Positions 39,810-50,533 of a stretch of DNA of 64,000 nt are shown piece by piece. The stretch is from NCBI GenBank assembly GCA_963663385.2, contig CAXXXD010000001.1, forward strand, positions 1 to 64,000, in the 5' to 3' direction. Position 1 is the stretch's first letter. Each line of letters begins with the position of its first letter. The notes under the pieces were generated by a model. It had not been told where the DNA came from. It did no database searches and was given only the letters and a program-made list of their open reading frames with translations. The translations under genes were made by a program, and so were the position numbers. The DNA comes from Oceanispirochaeta sp. (GTDB lineage: Bacteria > Spirochaetota > Spirochaetia > DSM-2461).

Positions 39810-39838
39810 ATTATCGCATATTGCGATACTCCTTTCAA
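39810..39838 (-). promoter_or_regulatory. higBA promoter (TTGAAA-17-GATAAT) overlapped by a palindromic operator TATCGCA-TAT-TGCGATA
   Basis: Perfect 7-bp inverted repeat at 39812-39828. The GTG start lies 5 nt after the -10, which suggests a leaderless transcript. Confidence 0.7.
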
Positions 39839-40046
39839 GTGCTGTTTTCTGCAATGGATGAGACTCCTGGATCAATTATAGGAACTCCAACGTCCAAAAC
39901 AACATTGCTGCTTCAAGTTATCCTATAAATTCTCTATTCCGCTCAGTTATCATTGGAGAGACAGTTAGCCCTCCGGGAATTGACACACTCCCCCCGGACA
40001 GCTAACGTTACGATAGAAACACTCCCCCGGTAATAGGAGATAAAGA

Positions 40047-40760
40047 ATGACACCCAGTAAAAAAGCAGATGAAATGACCGTGAAGGAACTGGCTTCGTAT
40101 ATTGACCAGTCCGTGCTGAAACCGGAATTCACGGAAGAGGATATAAAAAAATACATACGGGAGGGCATCGACTACGGCTGCGCCACCGTGTGTATCAACC
40201 CCAGCGCCCTGGACCTGGCAGCCAAAATGACCGCCGGAACCGCTACGGGCATCTGCGTGGTCTGCGACTTTCCCTTCGGCCAGTCCACCACGGCTTCCCG
40301 TCTGGAGCAGGCGGAAGCCTATTGTAAACGGGGGGATGTGGCCGAACTGGATATCGTAGCCAACTACGGACACATAAGAAGCGGCCGGTGGGACCTGGTG
40401 GAGAACGATCTGAAAGCTGTCACCCAGGTATGCCACCGGTACGGAACAGCCGTAAAAGTCATACTGGAAACAGACGCCCTTACCATGGATCAGATTGCCA
40501 GGGGAACCGAAGCGGTCGCTGCCTCGGGGGCGGACTTCGTCAAATCCTCCACAGGCTTCTACACCGGCGGGGAAAGCGTCGGCGCCACAGTGGAGGTTGT
40601 AAAAGCCATGATGGCAGCCGCCGGCGGCCGGGTAAAGGTAAAAGGCTCCGGTGGCATCCGCACACGGGAACACTTTCTGAAGCTGATCGACATGGGCATA
40701 GACCGCATGGGTGTCGGCTACAGGTCGACACCGGTTGTGCTGGATATGCCGTCCGTATAA
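40047..40760 (+). CDS. deoC: Deoxyribose-phosphate aldolase
   Basis: IDQSVLKP, VCDFPFG, ELDIV.N, KVILET, DFVKSSTGF and VKGSGGIR motifs. Confidence 0.93.
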   Translation: MTPSKKADEMTVKELASYIDQSVLKPEFTEEDIKKYIREGIDYGCATVCINPSALDLAAKMTAGTATGICVVCDFPFGQSTTASRLEQAEAYCKRGDVAELDIVANYGHIRSGRWDLVENDLKAVTQVCHRYGTAVKVILETDALTMDQIARGTEAVAASGADFVKSSTGFYTGGESVGATVEVVKAMMAAAGGRVKVKGSGGIRTREHFLKLIDMGIDRMGVGYRSTPVVLDMPSV

Positions 40761-40770
40761 GCCCCCCCAT

Positions 40771-40805
40771 AGGCCCGCACCCGACGCGGGCCTGTCTCTT
40801 TATTA
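40771..40805 (+). terminator. Hairpin terminator between convergent deoC and lysR
   Basis: AGGCCCGC...GCGGGCCT followed by a T-rich tract. Confidence 0.55.
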
Positions 40806-40821
40806 AGGCGAGATTGTTCCT

Positions 40822-41700
40822 TCAGAGACGGGACCGGATAAAGGCGATAAAATCCTCCCGGAAGGGAGAAACCGACTCTTTTCCATAGACAAAATACATC
40901 TCCCTGACCAGAGCCCCCGTTGAAAAGGGACGGGTCTTTATGGTTCCCAGCTGTCTCTCCTTCTCTACGGCCCGGGAAGACAACACCGACCAGCCGAATC
41001 CCGATTCCACCAGGGATTTGATGGCGGAGAGGCTGCCTACCTCCAGAACAGGGGGCGGCAGTTCCAGATCCTTGTTTATCCTGTACTGTTCCCATCTGTA
41101 TCTGGTTCCCGACCCCTCTTCTCTCAGGATCAGACGGCAGTTTCCCAGCTCCCGGGGTGAGATCGGCTCTTTTTCATCCGGAATGGCCGAAGCAGGCCCG
41201 ATAAGGATCATTTCATCCTCCAAAAAGAGTTCGGAGCCGTAGGGTTCCCTCCTGAAGGGGCCTTCCACCAGAGCCAGGTCCAGCTCCCCCCGTTCCAGCT
41301 GAGCCAGAACAGATACGGTATTCTCTATTAGGAGGCTCAGTTCCAGATGGGGATTCTTCAGGCCGTACTCGGCCAGGAGAGGAGGGAGAATAAACTCGCC
41401 TATGGTAAGAGTCGCTCCCAGCCTATAGGTCCTGCGGCCGCCGCTGAGGGGAGCCAGCTCCCTTTCCGTACGGCGGGCAAGCCCCACGGCCTCCCGGGCG
41501 GCGCATTCCAGGATCCTGCCGGCGTCATTCAGAACAAGACGGCGCCCTGCATGGTTGAACAGGGGAATATTATACTCGGCCTCCAGAGCCTTTAGCTGCT
41601 GTGAAACGGCGGGCTGAGTCAGCCCGAGTTTATCCGAGGCCTTATGAAGGGTTCCTTCATCGATAACCGTCAGGAAGGTTCTGATTTTTAGGTCAATCAT
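40822..41700 (-). CDS. LysR-family regulator (YeiE/CysL-like)
   Basis: LTQPAVSQQLKALE HTH; GATLTIGE and REEGSGTR motifs; divergent from a YeiH-type gene. Confidence 0.9.
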   Translation of the reverse strand: MIDLKIRTFLTVIDEGTLHKASDKLGLTQPAVSQQLKALEAEYNIPLFNHAGRRLVLNDAGRILECAAREAVGLARRTERELAPLSGGRRTYRLGATLTIGEFILPPLLAEYGLKNPHLELSLLIENTVSVLAQLERGELDLALVEGPFRREPYGSELFLEDEMILIGPASAIPDEKEPISPRELGNCRLILREEGSGTRYRWEQYRINKDLELPPPVLEVGSLSAIKSLVESGFGWSVLSSRAVEKERQLGTIKTRPFSTGALVREMYFVYGKESVSPFREDFIAFIRSRL

Positions 41701-41835
41701 GGTTCCAAGGATAGAAAAGGCAGGGATTAAAGTAAAGATATTTTTATATTTACATTAAAAAATATAAATATTATTTAATTATCAATTCTGATACTCTCTC
41801 TTCCATACCAGAACAACAGTTGGAGGAGAGGGATA

Positions 41836-42813
41836 ATGAAGAGCGTTTTACCGGGACTGGGACTATGTATTGTGATGGGACTGGCGGCCTTTGCAGGAGC
41901 GGAACAGGTCCCCCTGGGGAGCGTTACCCTGGTACTGCTGGCGGGTATTCTTATGAGGAATTTTATAATCCGGGACGGAAAAGCAGTCGAAATCCTGTCG
42001 CCGGGGATGAACTTCTGTGAAAAACGGATTCTAACCTATGCGATTGCCCTGATGGGGGTGAATCTGGATTACAGGATTCTGAAGGATCTGGGATTTGAAA
42101 CCCTGATCCTGATTCCCGCCGCCCTGGTATTTACGGTCGGGCTGGCCCTTGCCATGGGACGGCTTTTCAGACTGCCCGTCAAACTGAGCCTTCTTCTGGG
42201 AGTCGGAAATGCCGTCTGCGGGACTTCTGCGATTGCGGCAGCTCAGGGAACGATAAATGCCAAAGAGGAGCATGTGGGGCTTTCGGTTGCTGCGGTCAAC
42301 CTTTTCGGAACCCTGGGTATCTTTCTCCTGCCCTTCCTGGCCAATCTGTTCTTCCCCTCCGATCCTTCGCAGAAGGGAATTCTCATAGGCAATACGCTTC
42401 AGGCCATAGGGCAGGTCACAGCCGCAGGATTCTCCCTGGGGGATATTACGGGTCAGACAGCCACGGTGGTCAAGATGGGGCGGATACTCCTTATCGGACC
42501 GGTGGTTCTGATCTTAAGCTTCTGGAATCCCCCAGCCCGAAAGGAAAACAGAACCGCTCCCGGAATCCCCGGCTATATCATTTTCTTTCTTCTCCTCTCC
42601 CTTGTCGGATCAACGGGCCTGCTCCCCGGCGAACTGACCGGGGTTCTGAAATATGCATCGAAACTGCTGCTTGTAACGGCTATGGCCGCCATGGGGCTGA
42701 AGATCAGATTCCGGGACCTTATACAGAAAGGCGGGACCGCTCTTTGTGTGGGCACTCTTGTCGTAACGGGACAGCTGCTTTTTTCCATTCTGATAATCCG
42801 TTTATTCTGTTAG
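41836..42813 (+). CDS. YeiH / putative sulfate exporter family membrane protein
   Basis: GNAVCGTSAIAA and ATVVKMGR motifs; multi-TM. Confidence 0.88.
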   Translation: MKSVLPGLGLCIVMGLAAFAGAEQVPLGSVTLVLLAGILMRNFIIRDGKAVEILSPGMNFCEKRILTYAIALMGVNLDYRILKDLGFETLILIPAALVFTVGLALAMGRLFRLPVKLSLLLGVGNAVCGTSAIAAAQGTINAKEEHVGLSVAAVNLFGTLGIFLLPFLANLFFPSDPSQKGILIGNTLQAIGQVTAAGFSLGDITGQTATVVKMGRILLIGPVVLILSFWNPPARKENRTAPGIPGYIIFFLLLSLVGSTGLLPGELTGVLKYASKLLLVTAMAAMGLKIRFRDLIQKGGTALCVGTLVVTGQLLFSILIIRLFC

Positions 42814-42923
42814 CTTCTCCGGATCGTAAAGCCCCCGGAAACAGCTGTCTTAATCGTTCCGTACCGGGGAATTCCCATCTGAATATCTGGCGAATTTCCT
42901 TACGCCCCTTATACTTATAATAT

Positions 42924-44888
42924 ATGGGGAATCAATCCGGATTCAGAATATTATTCCTCCTGATACTCCTTATGCCTTTCCTTGGGGCATGCGGAGACGG
43001 TAAGGCGGCAGACAGGGGAGCCTCCCCCCCGGCTTCCGGAAAATCGGATTTGGCAAAAGTGCTCTATGTGGATTCCTACAGCAGGGAGTACCTCTGGTCG
43101 CAGAAAATCCGGGAGGGACTGTTCAACGCACTGGGATTCACAACGGATAAAGAAGGACTCCCCCTGGAGGGGACAGGGGCCGTACGGCTGAAAATCCTGG
43201 AGATGGAGACCAAGAGGAATACGTCCGAAGAGTTTCTGGTCCGGGCCGGTACAAAAGCACGGGATGAGATTGAATCGTGGAAGCCCGACCTTGTTATCTG
43301 CAGTGATGACAACGCGGCCAAATACCTGATAGCCCCTTATTATATCGGATCGGATATACCCTTTGTCTTCTGCGGTATAAATCATGACGCGGCCGAATAC
43401 GGATTCACCGCCGAAAATATCACGGGCATCCTGGAAATACATAACGCCGTCAGCCTTGTCGAAATCCTTAAAAACTACACCGAAGGGACCAGGATTGCCT
43501 ATCTGGCGGGAGACAACATCTCGGGGCGGAAAATCGGGTTTTCCGTTCAGGAACAGCTGGAAGAGGAGGTGAACCAGGTCTATGTGAACAGCTACAGGGA
43601 ATGGAAGGAACAGTACATTGACCTGCAGGATAAGGCTGACATGCTGCTGCTGGAAACGGTTCACTATTTTCCCGACTGGGACGGGAACCTGAAGGCTCTG
43701 GAACGGTTTGTAAGCGATAAGACGCGCATTCCTTCCGGATCATGGGACAATACCCTTAAAGCCGTAACCCTTGTAACCATGGAAAGGACAGGAGAGGAGC
43801 AGGGTGAATGGGCGGGGAACACAGCATTACGGATTCTGAATAACGAAATAAAGGTCAATGAGATTCCCATCGCCAGAGGGAATAGGACTGCGGTATACCT
43901 GAACATGAAGATGGCCCGGGACCTCGGGATCCTGTTTCCCCCGGAGTTGCTGGAGATTGCCCACCTGACAAATGAGCTGGATACCATGAGGAAGGTACTT
44001 TATGTCAATTCCTACCATGAAGGGTACGTCTGGAGCGATGATGAGGAAAAAGGCTTTTTCAAGGCGATGGACCGCAGTGATCTGCCGATAGACCTGAAGG
44101 TATTCAGGATGGATACCAAACGGAATGATTCGGAAGAGTTCATTCGCAGAAAAGCGCTGGAAGTAAAAGCCCTGATTGATACATGGCACCCGGAGGTGGT
44201 CGTCGGCAGTGATGACAATTTTCCCAAATACGTGATAGCCCCCTATTACAGGAATACGGAGACCCCATTTATTTTCTGCGGGGTTAACTGGGATGCCTCG
44301 GAATACGGACTCCCCTGTTCCAATGTTACGGGGATGGTTGAAATCGACCCAATAGATAAGGCGATTGACCTCCTCGCCACGTTCAGTCGGAGCCGGAAAA
44401 CGGGTTTTCTGGGACTTGATGTTTTTTATGTACGGAAGATTATGGAGATATCTGAAAAACAGCCGGGAGTGGACTATGATCTGGTTCTTCTCGTTAAGGA
44501 TTTCGAGAGCTGGAAGACCGCATACAAACGCATGCAGGAAGAGGTCGATATCCTTATAATCACCAGTCCCTACGGACTTAAGGGTTATAATGAAAAAGAG
44601 GCTGTTCAATTCATTCACAATAATGCAGAGATTCCCTCGGGGGTAACCGTTGACGGAGAAATACAGTATGCCCTTCTGGGAATATCGAAAATTGCGGAAG
44701 AACAGGGCTGGTGGGCAGGGAACACGGCTCTGGAAGTCCTTTCCGGCCGCTCTGTATCCGACATACCTGTTGCCACCAATACTCAGATTAAATATCAGCT
44801 GAATATGGACCTGGCCAACAGGATGGGCATCGTATTTTCCCAGAACCTCCTTGAAACATCAGAGATATGGAGAAGTGAGAACGAATGA
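42924..44888 (+). CDS. Lipoprotein with two tandem ABC-type substrate-binding domains
   Basis: Lipobox LGAC; two homologous halves (KVLYV.SY...METKRN/MDTKRN...SDDN...PF.FCG.N...EEQG.WAGNTAL). Confidence 0.8.
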   Translation: MGNQSGFRILFLLILLMPFLGACGDGKAADRGASPPASGKSDLAKVLYVDSYSREYLWSQKIREGLFNALGFTTDKEGLPLEGTGAVRLKILEMETKRNTSEEFLVRAGTKARDEIESWKPDLVICSDDNAAKYLIAPYYIGSDIPFVFCGINHDAAEYGFTAENITGILEIHNAVSLVEILKNYTEGTRIAYLAGDNISGRKIGFSVQEQLEEEVNQVYVNSYREWKEQYIDLQDKADMLLLETVHYFPDWDGNLKALERFVSDKTRIPSGSWDNTLKAVTLVTMERTGEEQGEWAGNTALRILNNEIKVNEIPIARGNRTAVYLNMKMARDLGILFPPELLEIAHLTNELDTMRKVLYVNSYHEGYVWSDDEEKGFFKAMDRSDLPIDLKVFRMDTKRNDSEEFIRRKALEVKALIDTWHPEVVVGSDDNFPKYVIAPYYRNTETPFIFCGVNWDASEYGLPCSNVTGMVEIDPIDKAIDLLATFSRSRKTGFLGLDVFYVRKIMEISEKQPGVDYDLVLLVKDFESWKTAYKRMQEEVDILIITSPYGLKGYNEKEAVQFIHNNAEIPSGVTVDGEIQYALLGISKIAEEQGWWAGNTALEVLSGRSVSDIPVATNTQIKYQLNMDLANRMGIVFSQNLLETSEIWRSENE

Positions 44889-47182
44889 AACTGACCGATC
44901 GATTCACATTCAGGCTTCTATCTCTTGTTATCGGGACCTTTCTTATATCCATGGTGACCCTTTTTATAATGGCCGAGCAGCAGCTGAATAAAATTATCGA
45001 TAAAAGCCAGACCTCCATTTTCGAGGAAAAAATCGATATTATCCTGGGAGAACTGCACAGACAGGACAGAAGGCTGCAGAGTACCGGCCTGGTTGAGGCC
45101 TATGAAAGGGATTTTAAGGAGAGGACCCTAACCTGGTTCTCCGAAAGTTTCTATGAGGACAATGTGTCGGAGATCTATCCTTTTATCATAGACAGAAACC
45201 TGAGTATTATCCTTCACCCGAACCTGCCGCCCGGGGAGGGATTCGATGCTCCTCAGGGAATTGCAGACTCCGGATCCGGATCCTTCACAGCCGCATTCAA
45301 CAATGAAAAGAAGTGGTACATATACAAACTGTTTGAACCGTGGGAGTGGATTATAACCTACGCGATTCCGGTTAATGAAAAGTACAGGGATGTCATTGCC
45401 TTTCGAAGGATGCTGTTACTGCTGATGACTGGTCTGACTGCGGTTTCCGTATTGGCTCTTGTTATCCTGATGATGAACTTCACAAAGCCGATCCTCTTTT
45501 TAACAGAGACAGCCCACAATATTGCCAAAGGAGATCTGGAACAGCCCATCACCCTGGATTCAAGAGATGAAATCGGCAGTCTGGCCAGCAGTTTCAAAGA
45601 GATGCAGGCTTCTGTAAAACAGAAGATCGAGGACCTGAACCTTGAGATAATCGAACGGCAGAAGGTGGAAAAGGAATTGAACCTGGCCAGGAATCTGATA
45701 GCCGGGATCATCAATTCCATGCCCTCTGTCATGATTGCAGTAGACCCGAAAGGTCGGGTAACTCAATGGAACGGGAAAGCAGTCCGCCAGAGCGGAATAT
45801 CCTCTGCGGATGCCCTGGGCGTCCCTATCCTGGAAGTGCTTCCCGGACTGAAGCCGGAAATGCCCCTGATACACAAGGCTATGGAATCGGAAGAGCCCCA
45901 GTTTATCCTCCAGAAAGAGATGATTGGAGAATCCGGCACAACCTATAATGATATAACCATTTATCCTCTTACCGGACAGGGACTGGAGGGAGCTGTTATC
46001 CGTATTGATGATGTAACGGAAAAAAAGCTGTTTGAAGAGCAGTTATCCCAGTCCCGCAGAATGGATGCCATAGGTCAGCTGGCCGGCGGGGTAGCCCATG
46101 ATTTCAATAATATGCTGGCCGGAATTACCGGAGCCGCCTCCCTGCTTCAAAGCTCTGCCTGGATTGACGATCCGGATGACCGGAAATTTATACAGATTAT
46201 TCTGGATGCGGCTGATCGGGCTTCCGAATTAACAGAAAAGCTGCTGACCTTCAGCCGGAAACAGACAAAATCATTTACCGTATTCAGTCTGCATGAAGTA
46301 ATTAATTCCAGCCTTGAACTTCTGGAAAGAACAATTGATAAAAAAGTAAAAATCCAGTATAAACCGAATGCACAGAACGAACTTCTGAAAGGTCGCTTTT
46401 TTTCCATCCAGAATGCCCTGATGAATCTGATAATCAACGCCTCACACGCCATGCCGGAAGGGGGGAGTGTCCGTATCACAACGGAAAACACCATCCTTCA
46501 AGACGCAGACTGCCGACACAGCCCCTTTGACCTTGTCCCCGGGCAATATATCAAAGTAATCATTGCCGATAATGGCACCGGGATAGCGCCGGAGAATCTG
46601 GAGAGAATATTCGAACCTTTTTTCACCACCAAAAAACACGGACAGGGTTCCGGACTGGGGCTCGCTTCTGTTTACGGAATTATGCAGAACCACAGAGGAG
46701 CCGTTACGGTAGAGAGTGTTCTCAAAAAGGGGACGACTTTTCTGCTGTATTTCCCCTGTACCGATGAAGGCAGGCAACAGACAGAAGTCCGTGATGAACA
46801 GAAACTGACAGGACATGGAAAGATCCTGTTAATTGACGATGAAGCGGTTGTCAGAAATACTGTCGAAAGTCTTCTGAAACAGATGGGGTATGAGATTATC
46901 TGTGCGGAAGATGGCAAGAGGGGACTGGAAATCTATCAGGCGCAGTCTGATCAGATTGATCTGGTTATAAGCGATATGATAATGCCGGGGTTAAGCGGCA
47001 GGGATGTTTTTTACAGGATTAAAGAGATAAACCGATCCTGTCCGGTTATTATCTCCTCCGGTTATACAAAGGATGAAAACCTGGACCAGCTTACAAACGA
47101 CGGACTTGCCGGATTTCTGCAGAAACCGTTCCGGAGAGATGAGCTGAACAGGATAATTTCTGCTGTAATCAGACCGAAATAA
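44885..47182 (+). CDS. Hybrid sensor histidine kinase (2 TM, Cache-like, HAMP, PAS, HisKA, HATPase, REC)
   Basis: GGVAHDFNN, NLIINA, DNGTGI, FEPFFTTK..G.GSGLGL and receiver motif SDMIMP. Confidence 0.93.
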   Translation: MKLTDRFTFRLLSLVIGTFLISMVTLFIMAEQQLNKIIDKSQTSIFEEKIDIILGELHRQDRRLQSTGLVEAYERDFKERTLTWFSESFYEDNVSEIYPFIIDRNLSIILHPNLPPGEGFDAPQGIADSGSGSFTAAFNNEKKWYIYKLFEPWEWIITYAIPVNEKYRDVIAFRRMLLLLMTGLTAVSVLALVILMMNFTKPILFLTETAHNIAKGDLEQPITLDSRDEIGSLASSFKEMQASVKQKIEDLNLEIIERQKVEKELNLARNLIAGIINSMPSVMIAVDPKGRVTQWNGKAVRQSGISSADALGVPILEVLPGLKPEMPLIHKAMESEEPQFILQKEMIGESGTTYNDITIYPLTGQGLEGAVIRIDDVTEKKLFEEQLSQSRRMDAIGQLAGGVAHDFNNMLAGITGAASLLQSSAWIDDPDDRKFIQIILDAADRASELTEKLLTFSRKQTKSFTVFSLHEVINSSLELLERTIDKKVKIQYKPNAQNELLKGRFFSIQNALMNLIINASHAMPEGGSVRITTENTILQDADCRHSPFDLVPGQYIKVIIADNGTGIAPENLERIFEPFFTTKKHGQGSGLGLASVYGIMQNHRGAVTVESVLKKGTTFLLYFPCTDEGRQQTEVRDEQKLTGHGKILLIDDEAVVRNTVESLLKQMGYEIICAEDGKRGLEIYQAQSDQIDLVISDMIMPGLSGRDVFYRIKEINRSCPVIISSGYTKDENLDQLTNDGLAGFLQKPFRRDELNRIISAVIRPK

Positions 47183-47367
47183 AAAAGGGATCCCAGCCTT
47201 TCCGGCTAATCCGGCAGAGCCTCATTATGCTCAAATAGCCCGGTTTTTCTGAGAGACCGGCAGGATAGAGCGTAATGAGGCGGTTGCCCACCGGATTTAC
47301 AACCGGTTCAGAGTCTCCTTGAACCGGAGGAGAAAAGATCAGGCTTGAAGCCTCCTGGCTCTGACAG

Positions 47368-48135
47368 TCAGTGCTGCAGAATCTGGGAGAGAAAAAGCTT
47401 GGTCCTGTCTTCTTTAGGGTTGTTGAAAATCTGATCGGGAGGCCCCTGCTCAACAATCCTCCCGTCATCAAAAAAGATGATTCTGTCGGCCACGGCCCTG
47501 GCAAAGGCTATTTCATGAGTAACCACCAGAAGGGTCATCTTCGAGTGGGCCAGCTCTATCATTACATCAAGAACCTCCTTGATCATTTCGGGATCCAGTG
47601 CCGAAGTCGGTTCATCAAACAGCATAATCTCCGGTTTCATCGCCAGAGACCGGGCGATTGCCACTCTCTGCTGCTGCCCTCCCGATAACTGGCCGGGATA
47701 CTTATGGGCCTGATCTTCAATCCCCACCCTCTTCAGAAGAGCCATGGCTGTGTCTCTGGCCTCCTCCTTAGGGACCTTCTTAACCCAGACCGGGGCCAGT
47801 GTTATGTTCTGTAAAACCGTAAAATGGGGAAAAAGATTGAAACTCTGAAAAACCATTCCCACCTCGGAGCGGATCGTATTAATGTTCTTAACATTATGGT
47901 TCATCTCGATATCATTAACAAAAAGCGTTCCTTTCTGGTGCTCTTCGAGATGATTGATCGTACGGATAAAAGTGGATTTACCCGATCCCGATGGTCCCAG
48001 GATAACCACAACCTCTCCTTTTCGAATTTCCACATCGATTCCTTTTAGAACATGGAAATCGCCATACCATTTCTGCAAGCCGCAGCTTTTTATTATTATT
48101 CCTTCATTCATATCATCAACTCTCTTATTTATCAT
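47368..48135 (-). CDS. aapP: Polar amino-acid ABC transporter ATPase
   Basis: [21 protein letters not shown] and [10 protein letters not shown] motifs. Confidence 0.9.
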   Translation of the reverse strand: MINKRVDDMNEGIIIKSCGLQKWYGDFHVLKGIDVEIRKGEVVVILGPSGSGKSTFIRTINHLEEHQKGTLFVNDIEMNHNVKNINTIRSEVGMVFQSFNLFPHFTVLQNITLAPVWVKKVPKEEARDTAMALLKRVGIEDQAHKYPGQLSGGQQQRVAIARSLAMKPEIMLFDEPTSALDPEMIKEVLDVMIELAHSKMTLLVVTHEIAFARAVADRIIFFDDGRIVEQGPPDQIFNNPKEDRTKLFLSQILQH

Positions 48136-49282
48136 GGTTCATTGAAGCTTCAATCTTCCGGCTCGTCCGGGAAATACTGAAGCAAAGGATGAAATATATC
48201 ATCGAAAGAAACAGGAGCACCTGCTGACTGTCGCTCATAAACTCCGGGTTGGCGGCGATAGCGGTTGAAATCCCCACCAGATCGAGGAGTCCGATAATGG
48301 AGATCAAACTCGTGTCCTTTACCATTCCGGTAAAACCGTTTACCAGGACGGGTATAATATTCTTGATGACCTGGGGCAGTATAATCAGCACCATGGACTG
48401 AAACCTGTTAAAGTTCATGGCATAGGCCGCCTCATACTGGGTTTTTGAAAGCCCCTGGAACCCGCCCCGGATATTTTCCGCCATATAGGCTGCATGAAAC
48501 AGTACGATTCCCGCCATGGCCCGCAGTAAAACTCCTACGGCAAGATTGGCCGGCAGGGCAAGAGGCAGAATCAGATAGCCCAGAAACAGCAGGGTGATAA
48601 GGGGCACTCCTCTGATTATCTCGATAACGCCGATGGAGAAGTACCTGATGACAAGCAGTTCCGACCGCCGTCCCAGGGCCAGGAATAATCCCAGAATAAA
48701 CGAGAGGATTATGGATGTTATGGAGATGATCATGGAAAGGAGAAGCCCTCCCCATAGATTTGTCGGGACAACAGGCAGAAATCCTTCAGGGCCGGTCAGC
48801 CCGCCTACGGCCAGGTACATATACGGTATAAAAAGAACCCATCCCACAGAGATGATAAGAAGGGATTTCCCGCGGGAGATAAACCGCCCCAGCAGGTAAC
48901 CGGCAGCCTGAAGAGCAGAGAGCCCCAGAAGGCAGAACCTTGCAGAAGGGGAAAACCCGAGCAAAGCCAGCAGGAGCGGTGCCAGGAGCAGAACCCTCGC
49001 TGCTCCTTTCAGGCCGTTCTTCAGCAGGCAGTATGAGACTCCCGCCAGAAAAGAGGCGACCATAAGGATGGACCAGACTCTCCAGAGCTGCTCAACAGGA
49101 TAGGCTCCTGTCAGAATAAGCTTGAGGTTTCTCGGAATGACATCCCAACTGACAGAAAAGAACCAGATGCCGAGAGACCGGATGACTTTTGACAGAAAGA
49201 AGATAAGAAAAAGGGTGATAACGCTGTTATACCATGTATTGAAAAGGTTCTCTTTAACCCGGATATAGAGTTTATTATTCAT
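48125..49282 (-). CDS. aapM: Amino-acid ABC transporter permease
   Basis: LWGGLLL, IRGVPLI and [10 protein letters not shown] motifs. Confidence 0.85.
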   Translation of the reverse strand: MNNKLYIRVKENLFNTWYNSVITLFLIFFLSKVIRSLGIWFFSVSWDVIPRNLKLILTGAYPVEQLWRVWSILMVASFLAGVSYCLLKNGLKGAARVLLLAPLLLALLGFSPSARFCLLGLSALQAAGYLLGRFISRGKSLLIISVGWVLFIPYMYLAVGGLTGPEGFLPVVPTNLWGGLLLSMIISITSIILSFILGLFLALGRRSELLVIRYFSIGVIEIIRGVPLITLLFLGYLILPLALPANLAVGVLLRAMAGIVLFHAAYMAENIRGGFQGLSKTQYEAAYAMNFNRFQSMVLIILPQVIKNIIPVLVNGFTGMVKDTSLISIIGLLDLVGISTAIAANPEFMSDSQQVLLFLSMIYFILCFSISRTSRKIEASMNHDK

Positions 49283-50470
49283 CTATTTTTCCTCTAACTG
49301 GACTTTACTGTTGTAGATATTCATGATCAGGGAAGTAATCAGGCTCAGGCCGAGATAGATAGCCATTACAACCAGTATGAGTTCAAGAGCCCGTCCTGTC
49401 TGATTGATCAGGGTTCCGATAACACTGAAGAGATCGGGAAACCCGATGGCCACACCCAGAGAGGTATTTTTTGCCACCCCGAGATAGATGGATGTCAGCG
49501 GCGGAATAATGATCCTCAGAGCCTGGGGCAGAACAACCTGCCGGACTGTCTGAAAGGAGTTCAACCCCAGACTGTGGGCGGCTTCGACCTGCCCCTTGTC
49601 CACCCCCTGTATCCCCGCCCGGACAGCCTCGGCAATATAAGCCGACGTATAAAGGATGAGGCCGGAGAAAAGGCTCCCCCACTCGGACGAGATGCTCAGC
49701 CCTCCGGAAACGTTAAATCCCCTTAAAACAGGGTAGTCCGGAACAAGGGGAGCCCCGGAGAGAATAATCCAGCCAAGAGCCGACAGGCCCAGCATCATTG
49801 TAAGAGACCAGAAAAAGACCATGGGTTTTCTGCCGGTTTTAATACCTCTCCGCCTCAGGAAAACCCCGAAAACAAAGGACAGGACAAAGGCGGCCGCCAG
49901 CATAAAAAGGAAGGTTTTCCAGCTCTCTGACGGGGTCAGCCACACAAGGGATAACCCTCTGTTGGAAAGGAAGAGGCTTCCTCCGGTAATTCCGTCGGGC
50001 GTTTGGAAACGTCCTAAAACCAGAGCCTCCTTTATATGGGGCATTTCCATAAAAACAGCCCTGTACCAGAAGAGCAGAAGAACCAGAAGGGGGATATTCC
50101 TGATCACTTCGATATAAACCAGAGCGATATTTTTCACCAGCCAGTTCTTTGAAAGGCGGCAAAGCCCTATAAAAAGCCCGAAAAAAGTAGAAAAGAAAAT
50201 CACGACCAGACTTATTGTTATCGTATTCAGCAGTCCGACAATGATTGCTCTGAAATTGGAACCGGAATTATCAAAAGGGATTATATGTTCACCGATATCG
50301 ATTCCTGCAGAAAGCGACAGGAACCGGAAACTCGGTAGCATCCCGCGAGTCGTCAGAGCGGAAATGGTATTCCCGTACATGGCAGTCATTAGAAGTATAA
50401 GAAAAAGTGCAAACAGAAACTGCCCTGTAACACGCCATACCCGGTCGTCGTTAAGTTTTGTGAATTGCAT
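49283..50470 (-). CDS. aapQ: Amino-acid ABC transporter permease
   Basis: VGLLNT, RNIPLL, AEAVRAGI and NQTGRALE motifs. Confidence 0.85.
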   Translation of the reverse strand: MQFTKLNDDRVWRVTGQFLFALFLILLMTAMYGNTISALTTRGMLPSFRFLSLSAGIDIGEHIIPFDNSGSNFRAIIVGLLNTITISLVVIFFSTFFGLFIGLCRLSKNWLVKNIALVYIEVIRNIPLLVLLLFWYRAVFMEMPHIKEALVLGRFQTPDGITGGSLFLSNRGLSLVWLTPSESWKTFLFMLAAAFVLSFVFGVFLRRRGIKTGRKPMVFFWSLTMMLGLSALGWIILSGAPLVPDYPVLRGFNVSGGLSISSEWGSLFSGLILYTSAYIAEAVRAGIQGVDKGQVEAAHSLGLNSFQTVRQVVLPQALRIIIPPLTSIYLGVAKNTSLGVAIGFPDLFSVIGTLINQTGRALELILVVMAIYLGLSLITSLIMNIYNSKVQLEEK

Positions 50471-50481
50471 TGAAAGTCCTT

Positions 50482-50519
50482 AAAAAAGAAAACCGATAGA
50501 AACCAGGAATCTATCGGTT
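50482..50519 (-). terminator. Intercistronic hairpin/terminator after aapJ
   Basis: AACCGATAGA/TCTATCGGTT stem followed by TTCTTTTTT on the minus strand. Confidence 0.6.
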
Positions 50520-50533
50520 CTGCTTGAATATTT

